Source: Octopus vulgaris (lineage: Eukaryota). Taken from it: a stretch of DNA of 64,000 nucleotides. Made by a program: the position numbers and the translations under genes. Positions 1 to 12,140 of this stretch are shown here, piece by piece. The DNA lies in assembly GCA_951406725.2 (NCBI GenBank), contig OX597816.1, forward strand, positions 66,030,001 through 66,094,000, given 5' to 3'. Position 1 is the stretch's first letter. Each line of letters opens with the position of its first letter. Under the pieces are notes generated by a model. That model worked only from the letters and a program-made list of their open reading frames with translations. It ran no database searches and was not told the DNA's origin.

Positions 1-450
1 GTTAACATGTTTCGACTGATATACACTCCAGCCTTCATTGGGTGTCTTGGGGAAATTTCAAACCTGGGTTCACATTCCTAAGGTATTTTTTTATATTATT
101 ATTATTATTATTCAGGTCACTGCTTGGAATTGAACTCAGAATCTTGGGGTTAGTAGCCCACACTCTTAACCACTACGCCCACGGGCATATGGCATATTGG
201 TTATGAGCGCAGGTTACTAACCCCAAGATTCCGAGTTTGATTCCAGGCAGTGACCTGAATGATAATAATAATAATAATAATAATATCGAAAAATACTTTA
301 GGAATGAGAACCCAGGTTCGAAATTTCCCCAAGACACCTGAAGAAGGCCGGAGGGTATATCAGCCGAAACGTTGTGTTAACAACAAACAAGATGACAAAT
401 ATCCATCAAATGTAAATAATGTACATAATTCCTCATCTCTTAAATATAGA
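1..450. mobile_element. Palindromic non-autonomous element (arms ~1-175 and ~197-381), each arm with a tRNA-like head, (ATT)n and a hammerhead-like motif; probably Penelope-associated
   Basis: The two arms are reverse complements (e.g. gtgtcttggggaaattt / aaatttccccaagacac; ttcaggtcactgc / gcagtgacctgaa). An internally deleted copy sits at 21433-21553. Confidence 0.75.
333..378 (+). ncRNA. Candidate minimal type I hammerhead ribozyme
   Basis: Stem I GACAC(333-337)/GTGTT(374-378); core CTGAAGA(338-344); stem II GGCCG/CAGCC with one mismatch; GAAA(366-369); palindromic helix III ACGT; predicted cleavage triplet GTT(371-373). Confidence 0.6.
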
Positions 451-1085
451 ACAGAAAGCAGGTATATTTGAGCTGGATATAGCCAGTTTAAATGCCAAAG
501 GATCAATTATTCACTTTCACACATTTAAGAGTGGTGAAACTCTGTTTAGATAGTCTCCAACAATTGCTGGCTGTCAATATACAATATTCTGATACTTATT
601 TCCATTCATTACAGGGACGATAAGAGTTGTCTATTATTAATTCCTTTACATATGGAGTACATAGGCTCTTGTAGAATTTCTCCATAAAATTTTTCAAAAT
701 ATAGATAATTATAAGTATCTTAATGGACACTATATATAATTACTCCAACTCATGAATTCCATTTCATTGAAGGGGAAAATTCTTCAGTTATTTATATATA
801 AATAACTGAAGAATTTTTTAGCAATGTTCTTGGTTATGAAGATCCAAACTTTCTGATATTTGTGACATAACAAGTTCACATAATTTACTATTCGCAACAA
901 AAGAGTTGAAGCGAAGTAAGGTTTCTTGTGTCTTTTAGTAGTAAAGCTCATTACACCTATTGAAATCTGTTTAATAACAAAGGATATTATAAGCAATTTA
1001 TCTTAATTATTGAAATGATGTGTTTATATATTCTCACAATTTCCTTTTTCTTTTTTTTTTTTTGTTATTTTAAATTACTTTTCAG

Positions 1086-1204
1086 CAGATTATAGTTCAA
1101 AAGATGGTCTCATGACTCGTCCCAGTGTCATGGTCACTTCCCCTGGATCACCGAGTGCCTCAGGAAAGCGGGTCCATTCACCGCAAATTACCGGAAAAAT
1201 TCAA
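1086..1204 (+). CDS. RIMS: RIM exon A: post-PDZ linker to start of C2A (DYSSKDGLMTRPSVMVTSPGSP...ITGKIQ)
   Basis: Poly-T tract with ttcag|cag| acceptor (1086 or 1089); donor CAA|GTAAAT; RPSVMVTSP matches RIM RPSISVTSP. Confidence 0.9.
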
Positions 1205-1492
1205 GTAAATTATCATAACATTTATTTTACAGATATCATTGTCATTGTATCATTGTACTTGTTAAAAATATTTCTTTCTATCGTCTGTCATCATTTAATG
1301 TCCATTTTCCATGCCGGCATGGGTCATGGCCAATGCCCTTCCTGTTACCAACCCTCACCTGTTTCCAAGCAAGTTAGTATTTCCCCATTCAGGCATGTTT
1401 TCCATGAAAGACTGGAAATGAGTGGCATCAGTTGTATGATGGTGTTACTTGTTTGCAATCATCACATGATGTCAAAACAAGGGAACACACAA

Positions 1493-1535
<43 letters not shown>

Positions 1536-2023
1536 GTTTCAGTTTCTGTTTATAAAATCCATTCAGAAGGCTTTGGTCAGCCCAGAGTATATAGTAAAAT
1601 ACACTTACTGAAGGTACTGTGCAGTAAGATTGAACTGAAGACCATGTAGTCCAGAAGCAAACTTCTTAACCACACAGCGATACCTGCACCATGCTATTAT
1701 TTTAAAGTTGATGGTTGAGAACAAGCCATAGATTTGTTTACAACAATAGAAATTGTGCAAAATCTCACCAACATTACATTTCAAATTTTCATGGAATCAG
1801 CTTGTCTCTTAAATTTGATATTAATAATAAATGTAAATGATAACAGAATACTTAAAGTAAGAAATTAAATCAATAATTTGCAGCATCTATACCTATATTC
1901 GTCTTCAAGTAGTGTTGTTGTCAGGTGAAGCAACTACAAATTCCTTTTAGCATGACAATCACAAAAGCTAAGTTCTGTTTTACCTGAACAGAAAATCAAC
2001 TGAATTAAAAGGTACTATAGATA

Positions 2024-2260
2024 TACTCTTTTTCACTCTTTTTACTTGTTTCAGTCATTTTGACTGCAGTCATGCTGGAGTACCACCTTTAGTTGAGCAA
2101 ATCGACCCCAGGACTTATTATTTGTAAGCCTTGTACTTATTCTATCGGTCTCTTTTGCCGAACCACTAAGTTACGGGGACGTAAACAACCATCGGTTGTT
2201 AAGCGATGTTGGGGGGACAAACACAGACACACAAACATACATATATATATATACATATAT

Positions 2261-2295
<35 letters not shown>

Positions 2296-2503
2296 CGACA
2301 CATATGTATATATATATACGACATATATATATATATATACGACGGGCTTCTTTCAGTTTCCATCTACCAAATGCACTCACAAGGCTTTGGCTGGCCCAAG
2401 GCTATAGTAGAAGACACTTGCCCAAGGTGCCACGCAGTGGGAATGAACCCAGAACTATGTGGTTGGTAAGCAAGCTACTTACCACACAGCCACTCCTGCG
2501 CCT
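2024..2503 (-). mobile_element. tRNA-derived SINE family A with internal (TA)n, full length
   Basis: Minus-strand head ggcgcaggagtggctgtgtggtaag (A box) and gggttcattccc (B box), CORE-like ccttgggcaagt; several near-identical copies in the window. Confidence 0.85.
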
Positions 2504-2625
2504 ATACTTGAAAAAATATTTTTGAAATTATATGCTGCACTGAATGGTAAAATAATTTTTTTTTTTTAAATAGACAAAAATAAAAATCTAATCTTTGTTT
2601 TTATCTATCATTTCTGTCATTTCAG

Positions 2626-2756
2626 ATTCGAATGTGGTATGATGATAGTCGTTGTGAATTGTCAATTTGCATTGTCAGTGCCCTGGACCTACTTCCTTCA
2701 GCAGATGGCAAACTGCGCAACCCATACTGTAAGCTGTATTTACTTCCTGACAAAAG
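2626..2756 (+). CDS. RIMS: RIM exon B: C2A first half (IRMWYDDSRCELSICIVSALDLLPSADGKLRNPYCKLYLLPDK)
   Basis: ttcag| acceptor and AG|GTAAAA donor; matches RIM C2A IKLWFD...DGRPRNPYVKIYFLPDR. The ORF track shows a different frame here. Confidence 0.95.
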
Positions 2757-3027
2757 GTAAAAATTTTAATTATACTTTACCATCCATTATTGATCATAAT
2801 TCCTTAATCCATTCAACTGTTTTACTGCGTAAATCAGGTATATTTATCTACTCAAAATCTCCTTGCCCTTAATCATTTAAAGCAGTTTTATATCCCAATC
2901 AATCTTTTATTGGGGAATGTCATATTTGAAAGTATTTTTTGTTGAGATATGTCAAGTTTATTGAGGCAATGTGACTTGCAGAAAATATCAATTCTATTTT
3001 TGATAGATGTGTAACATCATTACTGAA

Positions 3028-3390
3028 ATCATCATCATCATCATCATCATTGTTTAACGTCCATTTTCTATGCTAGCATGGGTTGGACGGTTTGACTGGG
3101 GTCTGGGAAGCCAGAAAGCTGCACCAGGGCTCAGTCTGATCTGGCAGTGTTTCTACAGCTGGATGCCCTTCCTAATGCCAACCACTCCGTGAGTGTAGTG
3201 GGTGCTTTTTACATGCCAGGCAAGGCTGGCAACGGCCACGATCAGTTGGTGCTTTTTACGTGCCACCAGCACGGAAGCCAGTCAAGGCGGCACTGGCATC
3301 GACCACGTTCGGATGGTGCTTTTTATGTGCCACCGGCACAGGGATCACAACTATATTTCCATTGATTTTTTTATGTTGATGTACTTGACT
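3028..3390 (-). mobile_element. Retroposon family B with (GAT)n tail and internal ~60 bp units
   Basis: (CAT)n then tttaacgtcc...ccatgctagcatgggttggac...ggatgcccttcctaa; same sequence at 19897, 35761 and 48623. Confidence 0.8.
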
Positions 3391-4205
3391 TAATATCTAT
3401 GAAATTTCATTTCATAATTAAAGAGTTAAACAACTATTTTCAAAATTTTTTTCTTCACTATAACATTACTGTATTCATTGAAGAAGCTAAAATTTTTAAA
3501 GGACTATCGGAAGTTTCTTCAATCTAATTACATTACCAAGACTAGTGACTTAAAGTAAACAAATGAAATATTTGTCAAGGTAAAGCACCATCTGTTTTCT
3601 ATTCACTTTCTCAAGCACGTTGCTTTCACTGAATAGATACATAGCAGTGAGTACTCTTTCATCTTATGTAATGCAACAAGATAAGTTTACTAGTGCTGAT
3701 GCTACAACAAAATGCATTCAGTACTCTATAAAGTGGTTTGGCAAACAAGAAAAGGCATTGTATGGTCAATCAACACCCTTTAGTTTTATTGAGAACATGA
3801 CAGCTTCTCTGCGATGTTGCTACAATAAAATGCACTCAGTGAACTCTGTAAAGTGGATGGTAATAGGAAAGGCATCCAGCCATAGAAACTCAGAAGATGA
3901 AATGTATGAGCAAGATATTGCCTTCCAACCTGTCTTCAAAAGTTTTAATAAGAACTGTCTATGATGACCTGTCCAGTTCATACCAGCATGGAAAGCAGAT
4001 ATAGCATGATAATAATGATGATGTATGTATGTGTATCATTTATATAGCCAGAAAGAGAGGCAGAGACAGAGAGTTAGAGAGAAATATATAGATATGAAGT
4101 CTTATTTAGACATGCATATATTTGCATGCTCGTGAAAATTTTTAATTTATGGGTGTGTATGAATGAATGTATGTATACACAAATATTTATACATACACTA
4201 TCTAT

Positions 4206-4355
4206 CTATCCGCTCAGTCGAAGTCGACTCTCAGTTACTCGAGCCAGTGTTCTCCAGCCAATTCTATCCTGAGTCGCTTCTTGCAGATTGGCTATGGCCA
4301 TTTCCATGTCACTCTTGATGGTGTCAAGCCAGCAGGTTCTTGGTCGGCCTCTTCC
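4206..4355 (-). mobile_element. RTE/BovB-like LINE 3' end fragment
   Basis: RGRGRPRTCWLDTIK...DRIGWRTLARVTESRLRL resembles the C-terminus of RTE ORF2. Confidence 0.7.
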
Positions 4356-4669
4356 TCTCTCTGTCTTTATATATATATATCTACATACACACATGCAGAT
4401 ATATATACACACAGACATGCACAAAATACATGTGTGTATCATCATCTTTTAGCATCCATTTTCCATGTTGGCATGATTTGAACAATTTGAGAGGATTCAA
4501 CAGGTTTGGAGATGGCATCGTCCTCCAATGTCTACTTTGGCATGGTTCCTACAGCTGGATGCTTTTTCTAATGCCAAACACTTTACAAAGTGTTCTAGGT
4601 GTTCTTTTCATGGTGCCAGCACACTACATCTGATTCCACTGATGTCCAGTTTTTCTCTCAGAACATTTG

Positions 4670-5310
4670 TACAATGTCTTTCTTGCACACTTACATTACA
4701 CAGCAGAGCATGCTAGCTTTATTTCTTTCCAGTCTTCTCAAATCCTCTGCATTCCAAGCCCATGTGTCACCACCATGTAGTATTGCAGTTCTAATGTAGG
4801 TGCTATACAATCTGCTTTGAGGTAAAAGATCTCTGTTGCCAGCAGTGGTACAAGCTTCCTGAACTTTTTCCAAACTGGCTACTAGTACCTTGGGTACTAT
4901 GCTTTCAAAACAAGCAGTTTCCCTGCTGATTACATCTCCGAAGTAACAAAAGATATCAACTACTTCTATGAGAGCTCCAGTCATATAAGTTAATCTATTT
5001 TTTGTGTGCTCCTAGTACATAATGCTTTGGTGCAACTCATTTATGAAGCTTAATTTCTCTGTTAGTCTGCCTGTAATTCCACTACATCTCTTGTGTGTCC
5101 ATTGCTTATTTTAGGTACATCATATGGAGTTTACACCTACTCTTCATCTGTATATTAAGCAAAGTCATTTCCCTGAAGATATCAGGACCTTATCTTCTTT
5201 TCTACATACTAAAACCTTAACCTTTGCGAAGTGTACCTAGAAGCCACTCAATTCTAGGTTGAGATTCTATGCCTAGAATTTCCTCCCTAATTCCCCTATA
5301 GATTCATCAG
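4670..5310 (-). mobile_element. Degenerate RTE LINE fragment (RT C-terminal region)
   Basis: EVVDIFCYFGDVIS and RLYSTYIRTAILHGGDTW...LRRLERN motifs, with stops and frameshifts. Confidence 0.8.
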
Positions 5311-6081
5311 CTTGCATCCAGTATATTCTGAAGAAGGGTACCTGCTCTAAAAGGCATCCAGATGGAGAAATTATGCTAAAATTGAACATTGTCCTCCACT
5401 CTATCTAGAAGGACAGTAACTCCGAATAAGTACTGAGATCATGATGACTTCTCCCAACTCATGCTAGCAAGGAGGGTGAACAAAAATTGATGATGATACA
5501 TATATACATTTGTTCATTTTATGTCCAGTTTTCCATGGACTAGATACATATGTATTATTGAGACAAAATTTTCACAGCCAGATGCTTTTCCTGTTACTAA
5601 ACCTTACCTATTTTGCAAGTGAGTTTTCATTTCATCCATTTTTGAAACCATGGTGCAACCAGACAATTTGTTAACCTGGAAATGCTTTTTGACACTGTCT
5701 ATGGCTTTGCTCATCACATAATGTAAGCATTCATGCACATACGCTTATATATATATAATGGACTTTATACAGTTTCTATGTGTCAAATATTTTCACAGGG
5801 GTTTAGTCAGCCTGGAGCTAAAGAAAAAGACACTTGCCCAAGCTGCTGTGCATGTATATTTTCATTTATATTTATTATTTATTCAAATAATTTGCTTTTT
5901 GATTTGGACAGCTAACTTTATAGCAAGCCTTCTAATGAAATGTATGTATTAATCAATGTATATAACACAGCTTTAATATGCATGAAGGATATACGAGGTG
6001 AATTTTGAGAATGAAATTTATTGAAAATTTTACTTTATATAAGCTACCAAATTATATGTCTCTATCTTTATACATTGGCAG

Positions 6082-6247
6082 TGAGAAAACTAAGAGACGC
6101 ACAAAAACAATTCCCAACACCAATGACCCAACGTGGAACCAAACATTTGTCTATGTTGCTGGTAAAGAATCACACTTCAAACAAAGATTATTAGAAATTA
6201 CAGTATGGGATTATGACAGACTTGGTGCGAGTGAATTTCTTGGAGAA
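6082..6247 (+). CDS. RIMS: RIM exon C: C2A second half (EKTKRRTKTIPNTNDPTWNQTFVY...LEITVWDYDRLGASEFLGE)
   Basis: ggcag| acceptor and GAA|GTACGT donor; KRRTKT, WNQTF, LEITVWD and EFLGE are C2A motifs. Confidence 0.97.
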
Positions 6248-6403
6248 GTACGTTGGTCTTTTAGTCTACTATTTATTTTTTGTTTTACAATTAAAATAGG
6301 AATTGTTGGAAAGTTCTAGCAAATTACTACTGAAAGTTTAAAATTTTACCTAAATTCTAGAATAAACAGAGTATTTTTGTCAGTTGTGATATATAAATCC
6401 TTT

Positions 6404-7095
6404 ACCCTTTACTTACTTCAGTCATTGGACTGTGGCCATGCAGTAGCATCACCTTGATGGATTTCCCCAGTACTTATTTTTAAAACTGGTACTTATTCTA
6501 TTGGTCTCTTTTGCCAAACTTATGAGGATGTAAACAAGCCAACACCAATTGTTAAGTAGTGGTAGTGGACAAATACATATATATGTATATATAAAAATTA
6601 GGAAAAAACACCTTTTATCCATTCAAAATGAACAATTAAATTACACCATCTAGAAAATTACATAAACTAGAAATATTAAAATTAAAATAACAATAATATA
6701 CCGATGATTAAGTAAATTGCAAAATAATAATAAAAACGTATATATTTGGTGTAATTTAATTGTTCATTTTGAATTGATAAAAGGTGTTTTTTTCTAATTT
6801 TTATATATATATAATATTTTGTGAAATTTGATTTAGTATTTCTAAATTGAATTTTTCCCTGTAAGTTAGGAATAATATTCCCTCATATAATTATTATATA
6901 TATATGTATGTATGTATATATATGTATATACACATAGTCACACATGTGGGGCTTCCACACAATTTCCATCTACCAAATTCACTCACAAGTCATACCAAAG
7001 CTATAATAGAAAACACTTGCCCAAGGTGCTTTGCAGTGGAAATGACCCTAACACCACATTGTGGCAAAGTGAGCTTCTTAAGCACATAATCATGT
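6404..7095 (-). mobile_element. Diverged SINE family A copy interrupted by an AT-rich foldback insertion (6590-6890)
   Basis: Tail part at 6404-6570 and head part at 6945-7095. The insert has inverted arms 6590-6648 and 6747-6808 and shares sequence with 63803-63880. Confidence 0.7.
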
Positions 7096-7212
7096 CTGTA
7101 TAAACATTTGATATTATTTTAAATTTGTTGATAACATTTTAGGATAAACACATCAGTTGTTTTAAGTAAATGTACAAATGAATTTTTTTAAAAGATATTC
7201 TTTTTTCTTCAG

Positions 7213-7320
7213 GTAATAATTGATTTATCTCGAGCCAATTTTAAGGATGATCCTCTGTGGTATCCACTACGGCAGCAGGATGAATCTAATATTCAACTGC
7301 CCACATCTTCCTCACGCACA
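7213..7320 (+). CDS. RIMS: RIM exon D: end of C2A (VIIDLSRANFKDDPLWYPLRQQDESNIQLPTSSSRT)
   Basis: ttcttcag| acceptor and ACA|GTAAGT donor; 108 nt; matches RIM ILIELETALLDDEPHWYKL. Confidence 0.95.
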
Positions 7321-7464
7321 GTAAGTAAACAATTTTACTATACAATACTGGAAGTTACAGGAAAGAATATGATTGGACACATTACTGAAAAGATTACTTT
7401 CTCTTTATCCTCATATTTTGTGCCACTCATATCTTCATCATTTTTATCATTGTTATTATTATTA

Positions 7465-8030
7465 TTGGGTTGTCCGGAAAGTTTGTGCCGATTTTTAAAG
7501 GAAAGAAAAAGGTCAATAAATACTTGCCATTACATTTTTAATCAACCAAATATGAACCATTCTGTTGCACAATGCATTTCCATCTTTCCTTTAACTTGAA
7601 AATACCCTTTTCCCGGAATTGAGGTGGTTTCATGGCAAAGAATTCATCAAGGTATCTTTTTACGTCATCCAAGGAATTGAAATTTTTACCATTAAGACTA
7701 TTCTGCAGAGACCTGAATAAGTGGAAATCCGAAGGAGCAATATCTGGTGAATATGGAGGGTGGGGTAACACATCCCAGCTGAGCTGCAGCAATTTTTGTC
7801 TGGTTCCCAAAGCATCAAGTGCCGAAAATGAACTTTCTTATCTTCCATTTTAAAGGGTTACAGAATTAACACAGGTTATAGGAACATAAACCTTCTTCCA
7901 CAAAAAGATAGCTTAAACTGTGCTCTAAATGGAGGTGTAGTCAAATCCTATTTTATGGACTCAACCATGTTCTAAGATAAGTCAAAAGGTAAGCTACTAT
8001 AAATCGGCACGAACTTTCCGGACAACCCAA
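7465..8030 (-). mobile_element. Internally deleted mariner transposon, 566 bp
   Basis: 30 bp TIRs ttgggttgtccggaaagt(t/c)gtgccgattt with one mismatch, TA flanks, N-terminus MEDKKVHFRHLML fused to the C-terminal HPPYSPDIAPSDFHLF...ERWKCIVQQNGSY. Confidence 0.95.
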
Positions 8031-8780
8031 TATTATCATCTCATGTCCATTGTTCCATGCTTGTATGTGTCAGATGGAATTTGTTAAGGCTGGTTTTCTA
8101 CTGTGGATGTTCCTCCTGTTCCCAACCCTCACCTGATTCCAAACAAAAACTAAACCTGTTTTGAGAATGCCATGTTAGTAAGAGATATTCTAGGCTTGAT
8201 GCCAAATAAAGGAATACAACATCTTGATTTGACAAAAGAGTTTGCCGATGAATTGCAGAGGCTGTTTTGCTGCTAGAGAATGGAATATATGGAAAAGCCT
8301 TGATATGTTCATACTAGGTTTGAGGGAAATTGAATATTAAAAGAAGGGGATAATGAAGAGAGTTGTAATTCCAAAACAGAAGTGCATCTAGAAAATGTCC
8401 AACAAGGTTTATCTTGAAATTAATATTTGCATTTTACCACTGTTTAATATTATCAAATTGTTAGATTCCTATTGTACAGTATGACATTTTGCTAATATCA
8501 TTCATTGGTATAAATTCTTAGATTGTTGAGTGTGAATCAACCCCAGTTTATGATTAGTAATTGATTAGTCAATCCCAGAGGGATAAAAAGCAACGTCAAA
8601 TCTAACAATATTTGAACTAAGCTAAATGGATAGAGCTAAATTTGAAGCTTTTCTTTTTTTCCTGCACCATTATTGTTAAATATTTTAACATTATAAACAG
8701 TTTATTAATATTAACCGTACTTTTATCACATCTACAAAAAAACATTATGAATTTACTAAATTTTAAATTTCTTTTCTCAG

Positions 8781-8898
8781 AAAAGTAGCCATGATCCTGG
8801 TGATATTCAAAAGGTTCATCTTTCCCCACCTGTTGGCTCTCGGGGTTTCAGTGACAGTGATATGTCAGAATTTGATTATGATGACAGTTTTCAAACAG
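8781..8898 (+). CDS. RIMS: RIM exon E (KSSHDPGDIQKVHLSPPVGSRGFSDSDMSEFDYDDSFQT)
   Basis: ttttctcag| acceptor and AG|GTAAAA donor; SDSDMSEFDYDD matches RIM SDSEVSDYDCDD; not in the ORF track. Confidence 0.92.
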
Positions 8899-11589
8899 GT
8901 AAAATCTTGCACGATGTTTATTCGAAATTTATAAAGTCACTTAATGTATCATTTTCTCAAATATTTATAACTGGATGCAGCTATAATTGTACTGGCACTT
9001 GATATAGTCTGATGACTATTTCCTTTGGTGTTTTTCAAACTTTTTCAAATACTACTCTTATAAGCTGTATAATAAACTAATACTTTGTTTTTATTGATTG
9101 TTTGCATCTCTCTGTAATATTCTTTATATTATTCAGCATGCTGAACAAAATAATTTTGAAAAACTATTATCCTTAAAGTGCTCTATCCATTGATGAAGCT
9201 TAACTTATAAATCACACTTGAATCTGTTGTGGTTAATATTAAAAAATTCCTCTTTCAGCTTATTGAAACTGTTGTTATAATGCAGCATCTACTGTGTAGT
9301 TGTATGTATTTTGCTGTCATTTTACTAAACTGTTCTTTGTTTTGTGTAATTTGAAATGCGCAGTGATGTTTTGAAAAAAAATCTTGATTCTACAGAAATT
9401 CAAGACATTCTCAACTCATTTTAAAAAATAGCATGTCATTTATTATTATTATTTCATTTATTTATTTATGTATTTTTGTATATTTTCATGCTGTTTAACA
9501 TAATTATTGCAAACATCAAAAGATTTTTAAAAAATATACTTTGTGATCTAGATACTAAAATCACTTTATAAAAATTTATAGGCTTAACTAAAAATTATGA
9601 TCCCGTTTGTTTCTTTTATAGCCAACATGTTATAGAAGATAAAATCAGGTTCCTGGATATATAAGTGTAATAGAGCATCAATAATCATCATCATTGCAAT
9701 CATCCTCATCATCTTCATTATCATTAGTTAACATCAATTTTTTTCATGTTGGTATAGATTAATATCAACAGCTTACCTTAGATTGATGTCCTAAACCATT
9801 ATTTACTTAATACTTTGGTTTTTCAATTCTTCATGAGAACATGTATAAGCAAAACTAAACTCACATGGAGCTAGAATTATTTTACACTACATGTTTGATT
9901 ATAAAATGTGGTTTTCTTTTTCCCAGAAATTCTCTCTGAGAAAGATGGGTCACCTTATACTCAAATTCTTACAACAATGCTCATATTTAACAAAGATACA
10001 TATGAGCAGTTTTAAAGCACAAAATATATGCATTCAAACATATATATCTTATATTATGTGTAAATAGTATTTATTTTCATTAAACATAAAGCTCATTCTT
10101 TTAGAAAAATAATAGAATCAAGTGAAATGCAGTGAAATATAAAGCTTGTTTTTACCAACCTCTATGTTACAAAATGAAAAATTTGTCTGTTTGGGTATTA
10201 AAACTCTGGACCTAAACAGATAAGACTAAATGTTGTGAGGTATTTAGTATATAACTTTATTGTAAACATTACAAATACTATTTCAAATTTCATATTACTT
10301 TACATAAGCTCAAAATATTCAACTTGAACATCTATTTGATCAACATGGATTAAATTGGCTTGAGTAGTGATTTATAATCAATTAAATTATTCCATCCATT
10401 CATCAAGATCCTAGGATGTTAATGAAATAATATGCAATTATGTTTCTAACAATAATATTTTCTCTAAAGATCTTCTAAGTTGCCCAAATTATATAAATAT
10501 TCTTGATCTACTATTTTGTATAAAATAAGACGTTGAGAACCTGTGTTACAAATAATGCTTGGAACTTCACTTGTGTGTAAAATTAACATGTCTAGAAATT
10601 ATTAAATCTAGTGAAGTTAGAAAGGATAATGGGTTTAACAGCCTAGTTAATACTTCCTATTATGTTTTATCCTCACTGCTTCTTTCGTTCTTCCTTCCAC
10701 ACTTATCATGTTGACTTACAACTGCTTACAGCACATTTTCAGTGAAGATTTATCATCTATAGTACTCATATTGCTTCGTTGTCAAGTGAATTTATATGGC
10801 ACCATGTTTTTTATATATTCATCATTCATTATTTAACATCCAGTTTTAACCATGTTTATATGTATTAGAAAGATCTACTCACCCACAGCTCTCATTGAGC
10901 ATGAATAAGGAAAAGTGAAATAACTTATTAGAATATGAATAATATTCAATCATACTGAGTTATGAGCAACACAAAAAATAGTATAATATAGTAATAAAAT
11001 TGTAACAAAGTATTACCCAGTCAAAAAGAAAATATTTCATCACTATCAAACCATATATTATCATGTTGTATAATCTCATTTGTGGCACATGATATCTGCA
11101 AAATAATTGCTAAATCTATTTGACAGCATATTTGAAATAAAGTAATACACTTTAACAGTATTACTGTTTCAGTTTAAAACATGAAAATACTGAGGTTTTC
11201 TAGCTGTTTACATACTATATTACATGATTTTAAATGTTAACACTAACAACATTGATCTGGATGAGTAAGGTTCACAGTTCTAGTTGTCTTAGGCATTTTT
11301 TTTTCCTAAAAATATGTATCATTCCCAATTCATGATTCAGTGATTTACATTAGAAAAGTCTTCGTATTATGAAGTATTTGCTTCAACAGTGCATACAATA
11401 TATAAATATGTTCAACTTATGACTGTACTTGCATACAAAATGAGTATAAAAGCTGAAAATGTATGTTAAGTCTAAAAGATGACTAAAACAGCTGCCAATC
11501 TCTGTTTAAATATAATAAAAATGATAAAACTACAATGCACTTTTGTAAGTACATAAGAGAAAGAATAGCATTTGTACATGTGTGAAAAC

Positions 11590-11734
11590 CAGCCATGGGC
11601 AACCTGTGACCCACAGGACTCTGAATGGCACACCTGTAATGAAAAACTACCTTGAATTTTTTAGTCATGCAGCCTGCCAGATGTTGAGCCATGTCTCATG
11701 TGGTCTGCTTCTCATAAAAGGTTGCCCGTGCCTG
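11590..11734. mobile_element. Probable hAT-type MITE, 145 bp
   Basis: Imperfect TIRs cagccatgggcaacc / ggttgcccgtgcctg; the 8 bp flanks match only partly. Confidence 0.55.
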
Positions 11735-12140
11735 GCATAAACCATGTATATCTACAATCTCACAATTGTGTTATTTCCCTTCTTAACATGAGTTAAATAT
11801 ATCTAACATTTTGCATCCTCACACTGGATTAAGGTAGGTCTGTACTGATTGGTAACAATTTGTATATTGGAGCATGTAAAACTTAACCAATATTTGTATG
11901 GATATATACATCTATATATTTACGCATGCCTACATTTGAGTATTACAAACATGTAATATGCATATGTTTCTGTAATACTATTCAACGATATTTTGTTTTT
12001 ATCTTTTTTATTATATTTCTCTTTGTAGTTCAATGATCTACCAGTTTTGTACTGATTAATTCTTTAGGTTCCTAAGTGTTCCAGTTTTACTAAATTATTA
12101 ATTCTATCTAACTTGCTTGTTTTAACTGCTATCTGCCCAG

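Noticed and set aside
2639-2872. ORF-track protein MMIVVVNCQF...
   Set aside because: Wrong frame over exon B; the RIM C2A frame starts at 2626.
7205-7220. cag|GTAATA as a recursive splice site (similar at 50030)
   Set aside because: The GT is the first Val codon of a conserved coding exon.
7538-7848. Functional transposase or SETMAR-like gene
   Set aside because: Most of the DNA-binding and catalytic region is deleted and the N-terminus is out of frame with the C-terminus.
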